Below are positions 17,715 to 26,478 of a stretch of 64,000 nucleotides of DNA, piece by piece. This DNA is from Eubacteriales bacterium. Its GTDB lineage: Bacteria; Bacillota; Clostridia; Oscillospirales; CAG-382. The notes beneath the pieces are model-generated. The model did no database searches, was not told the DNA's origin, and worked only from the letters and a program-made list of their open reading frames with translations. Position 1 is the stretch's first letter, and each line of letters begins with the position of its first letter. The position numbers were made by a program, and so were the translations under genes. The stretch covers positions 21,484 to 85,483 of the forward strand of contig JAZPZV010000020.1 of the NCBI GenBank assembly GCA_045544855.1, written 5' to 3'.

Positions 17715-20321
17715 GTGAAGAAGACGTTATCTTTGGTTCTTTGCCTTGCTTTGCTTTCGGTGGTGTGTCCCGTCTTTTTCACCGAAGAAGCCGTGGCGTG
17801 CGGACCGTACCCGGGGGAATCGTATTACGAACAAGGGTATGAAGAGTATGAAAACGGCAGATATTCCTGTGCCGTTAAGGGAGACGAGGCGGTTCTGCTG
17901 CATTACAAGGGCGTCTTTGGCCAAACGGAGATCGTTGTGGATGCCAATATCGGTCCCTACAAGCTGGTTGAGATCGCCGACAACGCCTTTGAGGGTTGCG
18001 GCGCCAAGCGGGTGGTGATTCCCGAGGGCGTAGTGGAAATGGGCGATGGGGTATTTGAACAAAGCTCTGTGGAAGAGATCGTTCTCCCGAACAGCTTGCG
18101 GGTCATTCACGGTGCATTCACCAACATGGATCAGATTGAGAAAATCGTGATCCCCGAGGGTGTGGAGGAACTGTACGACACGGTGTTCTCCAACTGCGAG
18201 AAGCTGAAGGAAGTGACCCTGCCTTCCACGCTGAAAAGCGTTGTAAATCTGTTCAGCAATTGTCCTTCCATAGAGACTGTGGTGTTGCCGGAAGGCTTGG
18301 AAGTCATGGACGGCTACGTTTTCTATTTGTGCGACAGCGCAAAATCTCTTATCATTCCTTCCACGGTACGTTCTATGAGCTACGCTCCCGTGGTAGGCTG
18401 CGACAGCTTTGAATCGTTGTCTGTAGCCCCGGGAAATGAAAACGTAAAGCTGGAAAACGGATGCCTCATCACCTCCGAGGGAGTGTTGGTGCAAGGCTTC
18501 TCGGGATGTGTGATCCCCACGGAGGGGTTGGCTGCCATTGGCGGCAGTGCCTTCTACCACGCAGATTGGCTGGAAGAGATCACCATTCCCCACGGCGTGA
18601 CATCCATCGGCGCAGGTGCTTTTATCGGATGTAATAACTTGACCAAGGTAGTTCTGCCCCGGGGGCTTACACAGATAGGAGTATCCGCATTCTCCGGCTG
18701 TAAGGCTTTGAAAGAGGTCGCGCTTCCCGACAGCGTTGAAAGCATTGGAGACACTGCCTTCACCGGCTGTAAGCAGCTGGATCTGAAGATGCCGGCCGGC
18801 TTGAAGTCTGTGGGGGAAAGCGCATTCAGAAACACAGCCATTACCTCCGCCATCTTCCCCGAAACACTGGAATTTCTGGGAGAACAAGCGTTAAGAGATT
18901 GCGAGCAGTTGGAAGTCCTTCATCTTCCCGCAGGGCTGAAGAGCCTGCCTTGGCTGCTCACCTCAGGATGCACAAATGTGAAGGAGCTGGTATTACCTGC
19001 CGGCTTGGAAACCTACGAGCCGGGTTCGTTCAGCTATATGCCCAATCTGCAGAAAGCGGAGCTGGACGAGAGCAATCCCAACTTCTATTTGAACGGCTTC
19101 TGCCTGATGAGTAGAGACGGCACGCTTTTGGCGGCGCTCTCAGGTGGCGATATCCCGAAAGAGACGAAGGTTATCGGCAAGCAAGCCTTCCGGCACTTTG
19201 TTCAACATGAGCCCCTGTTCCTTCCCGAAGGCGTGGAACGCTTGGCATCGCAGGCTTTCGACCAAGCGGACGTACCTGAGATCGTTTTGCCCGCCTCGTT
19301 GAAAATAATTGATGATTATGCGTTTTATTATGCAAATATCGAAAGCCTTTACATTCCCGCCACGGTAGAGGATATGGGATATAATCTGTGTCAGGGCTGC
19401 TTCTACCTACGTCAGGTGGATATGGGATATGAGAAAAAACCCGACGGATGGGAGGACAGAATGACGCTGAGCTTTGGCGGACGAGTTGTCTGGAACGTAA
19501 ACTCCCGCCGCACAGACATCTATAAGGTCAGCGGTGATTTCCGATACGAGATAGTAGATGGCGAAGCTCATATCGTAGAGTATCTGGGCGATGCCACCGA
19601 GTTGGTGATCCCCGAGACCATCGACGGCTACAAGGTAACGGTATTGGGAATGAAAGCATTGGAAGATCAAGCTAAGCTTACTTCCATCACCTTGCCGAAC
19701 ACCATCCATACTCTCGAAAGGAATTCCATTGATGGTTGCGCTTCCTTAAAGGAGCTGATTCTTCCCAACAGCGTAAAGACTCTGAAACACTGTGCCATTT
19801 GGGACTGCGAAAGCTTGGAATACGTATATATCCCCAATGTGACAACGGTGGGATCCCAAGCCATTGACTATTGCACTAACCTGAAAAAGGTGGAGTGTGC
19901 GCCCACAAAACAACCTGCTTCTTGGGACGATCGCTGGCACGGTTACGTTTCCGAGATCGAGATCGTTTGGGGCGTTCCCCATCCCAATGAGGAGGATCCT
20001 GTGGATCCGCCCGTGGAGCCGATTGATCCGCCGGAGGTTTCGGAGGAAGTGAGCGAAGAGGTTTCCGAAGAGGTTTCGGAAGAAGTTTCGGAGGAAGTTT
20101 CCGAGGAAGAATCTGTGGAAGTTTCCGAGGAAGAATCCGAAGCGGTCTCCGAAGAAGAATCTGCGGCAAGCGAGGAGGAACAGACGTCCTCTGCCGAAAG
20201 CATCGCGGAAAGCGAGACGGAAGAGCCTGCAAAGGGCAGCTTCCCCTGGATTCCCGTGGGGATCGCCGTGGTATTGGTTGCCGCTGTGGCGGTGATCTTG
20301 GTTATCAGAAAAAAGAAATAA
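17715..20321 (+). CDS. BspA-type leucine-rich-repeat surface protein 1 with acidic EVSE linker and C-terminal TM anchor
   Basis: Probable GTG start 8 nt after AAAGGAG. Signal peptide, then many IPEGV..IG..AF..C..L..V.LP repeats. Tail is (EVSE)n plus TM plus RKKK. Confidence 0.85.
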   Translation: MKKTLSLVLCLALLSVVCPVFFTEEAVACGPYPGESYYEQGYEEYENGRYSCAVKGDEAVLLHYKGVFGQTEIVVDANIGPYKLVEIADNAFEGCGAKRVVIPEGVVEMGDGVFEQSSVEEIVLPNSLRVIHGAFTNMDQIEKIVIPEGVEELYDTVFSNCEKLKEVTLPSTLKSVVNLFSNCPSIETVVLPEGLEVMDGYVFYLCDSAKSLIIPSTVRSMSYAPVVGCDSFESLSVAPGNENVKLENGCLITSEGVLVQGFSGCVIPTEGLAAIGGSAFYHADWLEEITIPHGVTSIGAGAFIGCNNLTKVVLPRGLTQIGVSAFSGCKALKEVALPDSVESIGDTAFTGCKQLDLKMPAGLKSVGESAFRNTAITSAIFPETLEFLGEQALRDCEQLEVLHLPAGLKSLPWLLTSGCTNVKELVLPAGLETYEPGSFSYMPNLQKAELDESNPNFYLNGFCLMSRDGTLLAALSGGDIPKETKVIGKQAFRHFVQHEPLFLPEGVERLASQAFDQADVPEIVLPASLKIIDDYAFYYANIESLYIPATVEDMGYNLCQGCFYLRQVDMGYEKKPDGWEDRMTLSFGGRVVWNVNSRRTDIYKVSGDFRYEIVDGEAHIVEYLGDATELVIPETIDGYKVTVLGMKALEDQAKLTSITLPNTIHTLERNSIDGCASLKELILPNSVKTLKHCAIWDCESLEYVYIPNVTTVGSQAIDYCTNLKKVECAPTKQPASWDDRWHGYVSEIEIVWGVPHPNEEDPVDPPVEPIDPPEVSEEVSEEVSEEVSEEVSEEVSEEESVEVSEEESEAVSEEESAASEEEQTSSAESIAESETEEPAKGSFPWIPVGIAVVLVAAVAVILVIRKKK

Positions 20322-20355
20322 AGAAACTTTATTAAGATAGAAAGGGGTGTCTTTT

Positions 20356-22971
20356 GTGAAGAAGACGTTATGTTTGGTTCTTTGCCTTGCTTTGCTTTCG
20401 GTGGTGTGTCCCGTCTTTTTCACCGAAGAAGCCGTGGCGTGCGAGGGAGACGATTGGGGTGACAGATACCGCGAAGACGGATACGCAATAGAAGAGTTTG
20501 GAGACTACCGCCTTGCCATCAAGGACGGCGAGGCTACCCTGCTGGAATATTACGGATGGGAAAAAGACATCGTTATAGAGGCGGAAGTGGGCGGCTATCC
20601 CATCGTGGAAATTGATTCCATGGCTTTTGCCTACACCGTCCCGGAGACCCTTGTGATCCCGGAGGGTGTGAAAGAGATCGGCGGGTTCTATTTCTACAAC
20701 GGATTTGATTTAAGAGAGATCACCCTGCCCTCCACTCTGCGGGTCATCCACGGCGGGTTTGACGGCTGTGATGCCGTAGAGAAGATGGTGATCCCCGAGG
20801 GCGTGGAGGAAATGCACGGAACGGCTTTCTCTTATTGCGAAAAGCTGAAGGAAGTGGTTCTGCCCTCTACCCTGAAAAAAGTGGGCGGCTTGTTCATTGA
20901 ATGTCCCTACGTGGAAACCGTACTTCTCCCCGAGGGGCTGGAAGAAATCACAGGGATCATCTTCTACGACTGCGCCAACGCAAAATCGGTGGAGATCCCC
21001 TCCACGGTGAAGCACATGACCCACGCCCCTGTGGTGCGCTGTGAAAAGTTTGAAGAGCTGACTTTTGCCCCCGGGAATGAGTACCTACGGATGGAAAACA
21101 ACTGTCTGATCACCGCCGACGGCGTACTGTTGCAAGGCTACGAGGGCAGTTCCGTCCCCGCCGAGGGGATCACCGCCATCGGTGCTTACGCTTTCTGCTA
21201 CGCCGACTGGCTGACGGAAGCCATTTTGGGGGATGAGGTCACCTCCGTGGGAACCTGGGCGTTTTTGGGTTGTGAGAACCTGACCAAGGTCAGCCTTCCG
21301 GAAGGGATCACTGCAATTGAATCCCAGACCTTTCAAAGCTGCACGTCTCTGGCGGAATTCCGGATGCCTTCCACCGTTACAAAGATCGGTTCCTTTGCTT
21401 TCCACAAGTGCAAGGAGCTGTCCCACGTAGACTTCCCTCCCGCTTTGGAGGAGCTGGGAAGAAGTGCGTTCAACAATTCCGGCATCACCTCCGCCATCCT
21501 GCCGGATACCATCACAAGCTTGGGTACGGAAGTTTTTTACGGCTGTAAGAATCTGGAAACTCTGCGGCTCCCCGCCGGTCTGCCCGATCTGGGGGAAAGC
21601 TTGCTTTCCGGTTGCTCCAATTTGAAGGAGCTGGCGCTTCCCGAAGGAATTACCTCCATCGATCGCTTTGCTTTAAGCAATTTGGAGAAGCTGGAGAAGC
21701 TGCATTTGCCCTCCACCCTGGTAAACGTGGAAGGCGACTCCTTCGGAGCCATTCCCAATCTGAAGGAGCTGACGGTTGCGGAAGGCAATCCCGTTTTGTA
21801 TACAGAAGGTCCCTTCCTGATGAACAAAGACGGTACCTTGGTGCGTGCCTTTGCTTATGGGGAGCTGCCCGAGGGGATCACCACCATTGGCGGATACGCC
21901 TTCTACAACTGCTCCGGCTGGGACGTGTTTACCGTTCCCGAGGGTGTGGTCACCATTGAGGAGCACGCTTTCTACAGCGCCGCCGTGAACAGGATCGACC
22001 TACCCCGAAGCTTGAAAGAAATCGGGCAGTGCGCCTTCTCCCGTGCGGAGATCAAAAGCATCTTCCTGCCTGCTACCATCCAATCGCTGGACTATGACGT
22101 ATTTGAGCTTTGTTCTTGTTTGGCCACGATCTACGCAGAGCCTGCGGAACGCCCCTCCTTCTGGGCCAGTTGGGACGGTGACTTCAAGGGAACCGTGGTA
22201 TGGGGAGCAACGGGAATTCCCGATGACAACTTCCTGCGTAGCGGCGACTACCTCTACGATATCGTAGGAGACGGCGTCAGCATCCGCGCCTATCTGGGCG
22301 AAGCAACGGAGATCACGATTCCCCCGGAGCTGGGCGGATTGCCTGTGATCCAATTAGGAAACGGCGCATTCACGGAACAGCAGGCTTTGGTTTCCATTAA
22401 ACTGCCGGACACCTTGAAGCGCGTGGGCGACCAAGCATTCCAATACTGCTCCTCCCTTAAGGAGCTGGTCTTCCCGGACGGCGTGGAATACATCGGCAGA
22501 GACGCATTGTTCAGCTGTAACAGCCTGGAATATGTTTATTTGCCCGATGCGGACGTGGTCGGCACCGATGCAGTCTCCTATTGCCGTGAATTGAAGGTGG
22601 TGGAATGTGCGCCCAAGGAACAGCCTGCCGGATGGTCTTTGCGGTGGTACGCTGCGCTCCCCGCCGCCCAAATCGTTTGGGGCGTGAACGAGGAAGAACC
22701 CGTTGAGCCTCCCGTTGAGCCGGTTGACCCGCCGGAGGTAAGCGAGGAAGTGAGTGAAGAGGTCTCGGAGGAAGTTTCCGAAGAGGTTTCCGAGGAAGTG
22801 TCCGAAGAAGAAAGCGCCGAAGCAAGCGTGGAGGAACAGGTATCCTCCGCCTCCGGCGAGACGGTGAGTGAAACGGAAGAGTCCGACGGAGAGTTCCCCA
22901 AGATATGGATCGTTGTCATTGCGATTTTGGTTGCCATGGCAGTGGCCATCGTGATTTTGAGAAAGAAGTAA
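20356..22971 (+). CDS. BspA-type leucine-rich-repeat surface protein 2 (paralog)
   Basis: Same GTG start context and signal peptide as gene 1 and collinear LRR body. The track ORFs are 874 codons in both genes. Confidence 0.85.
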   Translation: MKKTLCLVLCLALLSVVCPVFFTEEAVACEGDDWGDRYREDGYAIEEFGDYRLAIKDGEATLLEYYGWEKDIVIEAEVGGYPIVEIDSMAFAYTVPETLVIPEGVKEIGGFYFYNGFDLREITLPSTLRVIHGGFDGCDAVEKMVIPEGVEEMHGTAFSYCEKLKEVVLPSTLKKVGGLFIECPYVETVLLPEGLEEITGIIFYDCANAKSVEIPSTVKHMTHAPVVRCEKFEELTFAPGNEYLRMENNCLITADGVLLQGYEGSSVPAEGITAIGAYAFCYADWLTEAILGDEVTSVGTWAFLGCENLTKVSLPEGITAIESQTFQSCTSLAEFRMPSTVTKIGSFAFHKCKELSHVDFPPALEELGRSAFNNSGITSAILPDTITSLGTEVFYGCKNLETLRLPAGLPDLGESLLSGCSNLKELALPEGITSIDRFALSNLEKLEKLHLPSTLVNVEGDSFGAIPNLKELTVAEGNPVLYTEGPFLMNKDGTLVRAFAYGELPEGITTIGGYAFYNCSGWDVFTVPEGVVTIEEHAFYSAAVNRIDLPRSLKEIGQCAFSRAEIKSIFLPATIQSLDYDVFELCSCLATIYAEPAERPSFWASWDGDFKGTVVWGATGIPDDNFLRSGDYLYDIVGDGVSIRAYLGEATEITIPPELGGLPVIQLGNGAFTEQQALVSIKLPDTLKRVGDQAFQYCSSLKELVFPDGVEYIGRDALFSCNSLEYVYLPDADVVGTDAVSYCRELKVVECAPKEQPAGWSLRWYAALPAAQIVWGVNEEEPVEPPVEPVDPPEVSEEVSEEVSEEVSEEVSEEVSEEESAEASVEEQVSSASGETVSETEESDGEFPKIWIVVIAILVAMAVAIVILRKK

Positions 22972-22979
22972 TATGGACA

Positions 22980-23008
22980 GGAGCCGTGTCTTCACGCGGC
23001 TCCTTTTC
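22980..23008 (+). terminator. Rho-independent terminator after the LRR pair
   Basis: GGAGCCGTG-tcttca-CGCGGCTCC followed by TTTT. Confidence 0.75.
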
Positions 23009-23092
23009 CTTTGGAAAAAAAGCGGTTTTCTCTTGCATTTGGGGGATTTGTGTGCTATACTTGGATGAATGAAACGCGGAGGTTCTTTCTGT

Positions 23093-23812
23093 ATGTTATT
23101 GTTTTACGTTCGCCACGGCGACCCTATCTACGATCCCGATTCCCTGACCCCCTTGGGCCACAAGCAGGCGGAAGCCCTTGCCAAGCGGTTGTGCCGCTAC
23201 GGCATTGACGAGATCTATTCCTCTTCCTCCAACCGCGCGGTGCTGACGGGTACCCCCACGGCGGAGCTTTTGAAGAAGGAGATCCACAAGGTGGATTGGT
23301 GTCACGAGGGCAAGGCGTGGGAATACACCGCCATGCCCAACGGAAAAGGCGGCCGTTCCTGGCCCATTGCCTGTGCAGATAACGCCCGTTTGTTTATGCG
23401 TCCCGACGTCATGGCCTTGGGCGAGAAGTGGTACACCCACCCCGACGTGATGGCTCTTCACGATTTTACACCGGGGCTTGCCGCCATCAACCGGGACGTG
23501 GATGCGTTTATCGCCTCTTTGGGCTACGAACACGACAGAGAAAACCATATTTATCTCCCCACCGCCCCCAACGATAAGAGAGTGGCGCTGTTTGCCCATT
23601 ACGGCGCGGGGATGTGCGTGCTGAGCAGTCTTTTGGATATCCCCTACAACGTATTCTGCACCCATTTCAATCTCTCCACCAGCGGTATGACGGTGATCAA
23701 ATTCCAGGAACGGGATGGCTTTGTCATTCCCGAGGTACTGACCCTTTCCAACGACTCCCACGTTTACGCCGAGGGTCTGCCCACCAAGTACAACAATGCG
23801 TATTATTTCTGA
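23093..23812 (+). CDS. Histidine phosphatase family protein (phosphoglycerate-mutase-like)
   Basis: MLLFYVRHGDP (RHG motif) with GGAGG 10 nt upstream. Later LFAHYGAG. Confidence 0.8.
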   Translation: MLLFYVRHGDPIYDPDSLTPLGHKQAEALAKRLCRYGIDEIYSSSSNRAVLTGTPTAELLKKEIHKVDWCHEGKAWEYTAMPNGKGGRSWPIACADNARLFMRPDVMALGEKWYTHPDVMALHDFTPGLAAINRDVDAFIASLGYEHDRENHIYLPTAPNDKRVALFAHYGAGMCVLSSLLDIPYNVFCTHFNLSTSGMTVIKFQERDGFVIPEVLTLSNDSHVYAEGLPTKYNNAYYF

Positions 23813-23813
23813 T

Positions 23814-24317
23814 ATGAAAAAACTGTTTTTACTGCTTTTGGCGGTGTGCCTGCTGGCGGGGTGTGAACAGCCTCCCTCCCCCGCGGTTTCCGAGGGGGGA
23901 GAATCCTCCGTGGAGGAAAGTGAGATCTCGGAGGAATCCTCCGAGGAAGAAAGCCTGCCGGAAAAGCAGGTTCTGGTTTTGCTTTACGAGTATTACATCA
24001 CCGCAAACGTGAAGTCCGACGGGATCTTCTACGAATACACCTACTGCTTTGACGAGGAAGGCAGGGTATTCAACGCCGTAGCGAAGCTGATCTACCCATC
24101 ACGGGAAAAGGCGGAGACGGAGTATTACCAGCTGATCAAGGCGGAATACCCCAACGTGGAATTGAAGGGCAATGAACTGTACTTCTCCTTCCCCAAAAAG
24201 AAGTGCCCCTACTTCGGCATCACCTACACAGCACTCCCCTACCTGCTGGAGGAATCGGTGTATATCATCACCGACTTCAACCTTCCGGAGGAGGAAGAGG
24301 TGTCCGAGGAAGATTGA
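23814..24317 (+). CDS. Lipoprotein, unknown function
   Basis: MKKLFLLLLAVCLLAGC lipobox followed by an acidic Ser/Glu linker. Confidence 0.7.
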   Translation: MKKLFLLLLAVCLLAGCEQPPSPAVSEGGESSVEESEISEESSEEESLPEKQVLVLLYEYYITANVKSDGIFYEYTYCFDEEGRVFNAVAKLIYPSREKAETEYYQLIKAEYPNVELKGNELYFSFPKKKCPYFGITYTALPYLLEESVYIITDFNLPEEEEVSEED

Positions 24318-24320
24318 TTT

Positions 24321-24390
24321 CTTTCAAAAATCAAAGAAAATGAAAGAAAATCAAAGAAAATCGAAAAAAATTCAAAAAAGTTTGAAAAAC
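24321..24390 (+). promoter_or_regulatory. Phased A-tract array (UP-element-like) upstream of the rplM promoter
   Basis: Seven consecutive 10-mers of the form NAAAGAAAAT, so exactly 10-bp period. Confidence 0.6.
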
Positions 24391-24393
24391 CTC

Positions 24394-24421
24394 TTGACAA
24401 ATCCGTTTTCTGTGCTATAAT
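24394..24421 (+). promoter_or_regulatory. Sigma-A-type promoter of rplM-rpsI
   Basis: TTGACA (24394-24399), 16-nt spacer ending in TGC, TATAAT (24416-24421). Confidence 0.7.
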
Positions 24422-24465
24422 TGCAAAGGCTTAAGAAAATATGGATTTATGAAAGGACTATGCAT

Positions 24466-24894
24466 ATGTCTACTACGATGCTCAAAAAAGAGACCGTTGA
24501 GCGCAAGTGGTACGTAATCGACGCCGCAGGTAAGACCCTGGGTAAGGTTGCTGTCGCTGCTGCAACGATCCTGAACGGTAAGCACCGCCCCGAATACACT
24601 CCTCACGTGGATTGCGGCGAATGCGTGATCGTGATCAACGCCGGTAAGGTCGTTCTCACCGGTAAGAAGCTGGATCAGAAGATCCACTACCACCACACCG
24701 GTTATATCGGTGGCATGAAGGCTGTCAAGTATCGCACTCTGATGGCTACCAAGCCCGAAATGGCAGTTGAACTGGCCGTTAAGGGTATGCTTCCCAAGAA
24801 CACCATCGGTGACAACAGCTTTGGCCGTCTGAAGGTCTATGCCGGCGCTGAACATCAGCAGGCTGCCCAGATGCCCATCCCTGTTGAACTCTAA
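24466..24894 (+). CDS. rplM: 50S ribosomal protein L13
   Basis: [29 protein letters not shown]....[12 protein letters not shown]. Confidence 0.95.
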   Translation: MSTTMLKKETVERKWYVIDAAGKTLGKVAVAAATILNGKHRPEYTPHVDCGECVIVINAGKVVLTGKKLDQKIHYHHTGYIGGMKAVKYRTLMATKPEMAVELAVKGMLPKNTIGDNSFGRLKVYAGAEHQQAAQMPIPVEL

Positions 24895-24909
24895 GAAATA
24901 AGGAGGTAA

Positions 24910-25320
24910 ATGAACATGACTTACACACCCGCAGTTCCTTATTTTTACGGCACCGGCAGAAGAAAGACTTCCGTAGCTCGCGTTCGCGTTATGGTTGGTA
25001 CCGGTTCTATCACCGTTAACGGCAAGGCCGCAAAGGAATATTTCGGTCTTGACACTCTGATGCTCATCGTCAACCAGCCCTTCACCACCACCGGTACCGA
25101 AGGCAAGTTCGACGTGATCTGCACCGTTAAGGGCGGCGGCCTCTCCGGTCAGGCAGGCGCTGTTCGCCACGGTATTGCAAGAGCTCTTCTCCAGGCTGAC
25201 GATGCTTATCGTCCCGTCCTCAAGAAGGCAGGCCTCTTGACCCGTGACCCTCGTATGAAGGAAAGAAAGAAGTACGGCTTGAAGGCTGCTCGTCGCGCTT
25301 CTCAGTTCTCCAAGAGATAA
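24910..25320 (+). CDS. rpsI: 30S ribosomal protein S9
   Basis: [17 protein letters not shown] ... C-terminal [25 protein letters not shown]. Confidence 0.95.
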   Translation: MNMTYTPAVPYFYGTGRRKTSVARVRVMVGTGSITVNGKAAKEYFGLDTLMLIVNQPFTTTGTEGKFDVICTVKGGGLSGQAGAVRHGIARALLQADDAYRPVLKKAGLLTRDPRMKERKKYGLKAARRASQFSKR

Positions 25321-25352
25321 TTACAGCCTTACGGCAATTATTTCGATATACA

Positions 25353-25384
25353 AAAAGCTCTGCATCTGCGGAGCTTTTTTGTTT
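25353..25384 (+). terminator. Rho-independent terminator of rplM-rpsI
   Basis: AAAGCTCTGCA/TGCGGAGCTTT arms followed by TTTTTGTTTT. Confidence 0.8.
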
Positions 25385-25386
25385 TC

Positions 25387-25494
25387 AAGCACCTCGGTCA
25401 TTGCAACACCGAAATCACCTCTAATATCTACGTTCACATTTTCAAAGAATACAAAGCCAAGATGGCTGAATCTATCGAGCACGATTTGCTTTGA
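25387..25494 (+). pseudogene. 3'-terminal remnant of a tyrosine recombinase/integrase gene
   Basis: Translates to KHLGHCNTEITSNIYVHIFKEYKAKMAESIEHDLL*. This is the LGH....T...Y.H box II with the catalytic Tyr. No upstream coding part remains; it abuts the rpsI terminator. Confidence 0.7.
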
Positions 25495-25536
25495 TCAAAA
25501 AGGGCGGTTCAATTTGTATAGAATTGAGCCGTCCTA

Positions 25537-25565
25537 TTTACTTTTCACCGTTTTTATGGTATAAT
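25537..25565 (+). promoter_or_regulatory. Promoter module copy P1 (TTTACT-17-TATAAT)
   Basis: CCTATTTACTTTT...TGGTATAAT. Same layout as P2-P4. Confidence 0.6.
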
Positions 25566-25609
25566 ACAACTAATAGATAAACTTGAATTTGGAAAAGGAG
25601 TATGATTGT

Positions 25610-25957
25610 ATGAAATCGATGAAAACTATAGCTATTCTACTAACACCGCTTTTATTATTCGCTATCTTGTTTATTCCTTATAATTTAGCTAATCAACACT
25701 TTATTGTCGATTGGCTGGGCTGTGGCTGCCCTGTAATAGATGAAGCGGGCAATATGGTTGAAAACAACTTTAACGCTAATGATTTCACGGCATTATTTTG
25801 GTTAGTTATCTCTGTTTGTGTGGTTGCAATTTCGGTGTTTTTATCAAAAAGAATACCGAAAGAAAAGATGTGGTTCAGAGTTCTGTATATAGTAGGTATG
25901 CTTTTGATATCACTCGTGATAACTTATCAATTCTGCCAAATGATGATGTGGAAGTGA
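25610..25957 (+). CDS. Small membrane protein, low GC
   Basis: ATG 9 nt after AAAGGAG. Three hydrophobic helices. AT-rich codon usage unlike the flanking core genes. Confidence 0.6.
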   Translation: MKSMKTIAILLTPLLLFAILFIPYNLANQHFIVDWLGCGCPVIDEAGNMVENNFNANDFTALFWLVISVCVVAISVFLSKRIPKEKMWFRVLYIVGMLLISLVITYQFCQMMMWK

Positions 25958-26114
25958 CAAATTCCAATTTGTCGAGCTTAATAGGCGTTGAATGTTGGTG
26001 TGATTTTGGTGCAAATTTGGTGCAACACTTTATGCGACGATACTCACGATATTCACGATATCAAACGGTGTTCTTAAAACTCCAAGAGATAAGCGGTTTT
26101 TATTGGAAAATTCA

Positions 26115-26142
26115 GCACTCACGTTTGTGGGTGCTGTTTTTT
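26115..26142 (+). terminator. Terminator hairpin, copy 1 of an identical pair
   Basis: GCACTCAC-gttt-GTGGGTGC followed by TGTTTTTT. The same 28 nt recur at 27568. Confidence 0.7.
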
Positions 26143-26214
26143 CGTTTCGACGTGTCGATAAGTGGCCGGCACGCATGGGATATGGTGTAAAGTCGTTTTG
26201 CCCTTCAACGCAAA

Positions 26215-26399
26215 CGGGCTGCCGAAGGACGTCAGCCCCTACGAAGCCGAACAGAGGGAGGGTAAAAAACAGACCTGGATTTCCCGCATGGAGGACGGTA
26301 AAAAACACGTTTTATGCCTACCTCGTTGCGCGAAAATGCGGTTTCATTTTAGCCCATACATCTTGCGTTTTCGTAGGGGTTGACGTCCACGGCAACCCG
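26215..26399. mobile_element. MITE-like element with imperfect terminal inverted repeats of about 30 bp
   Basis: CGGGCTGCCGAAGGACGTCAGCCCCTACGAAGCCG at 26215 versus the reverse complement of CGTTTTCGTAGGGGTTGACGTCCACGGCAACCCG ending at 26399. No ORF inside. Confidence 0.4.
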
Positions 26400-26478
26400 A
26401 AGCCGAAGATAACGAGTTTTGGCGACGCAAGGATATTTTTTCGTGACAAAAAGGGCATGGAATTGTAAACAATCCCTC

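Noticed and set aside
17552-17782. Minus-strand ORFs with identical N-termini MKKTGHTTESKARQRTK (17552-17782 and 19746-20423)
   Set aside because: Both are antisense read-outs of the duplicated 103-nt LRR 5' segment. They are not independent genes.
20034-20110. (EVSE)6 coding repeat as a slippage-prone simple sequence repeat or phase-variation switch
   Set aside because: The 12-nt units differ at synonymous positions (GAGGAAGTGAGC, GAAGAGGTTTCC, GAAGAGGTTTCG ...). The DNA is therefore not a perfect tandem repeat, and slippage is unlikely.
25379-25564. 61-aa track ORF just after rpsI
   Set aside because: It is in the wrong frame. A different frame of the same DNA reads as an integrase C-terminus, so the region is better explained as a pseudogene remnant.
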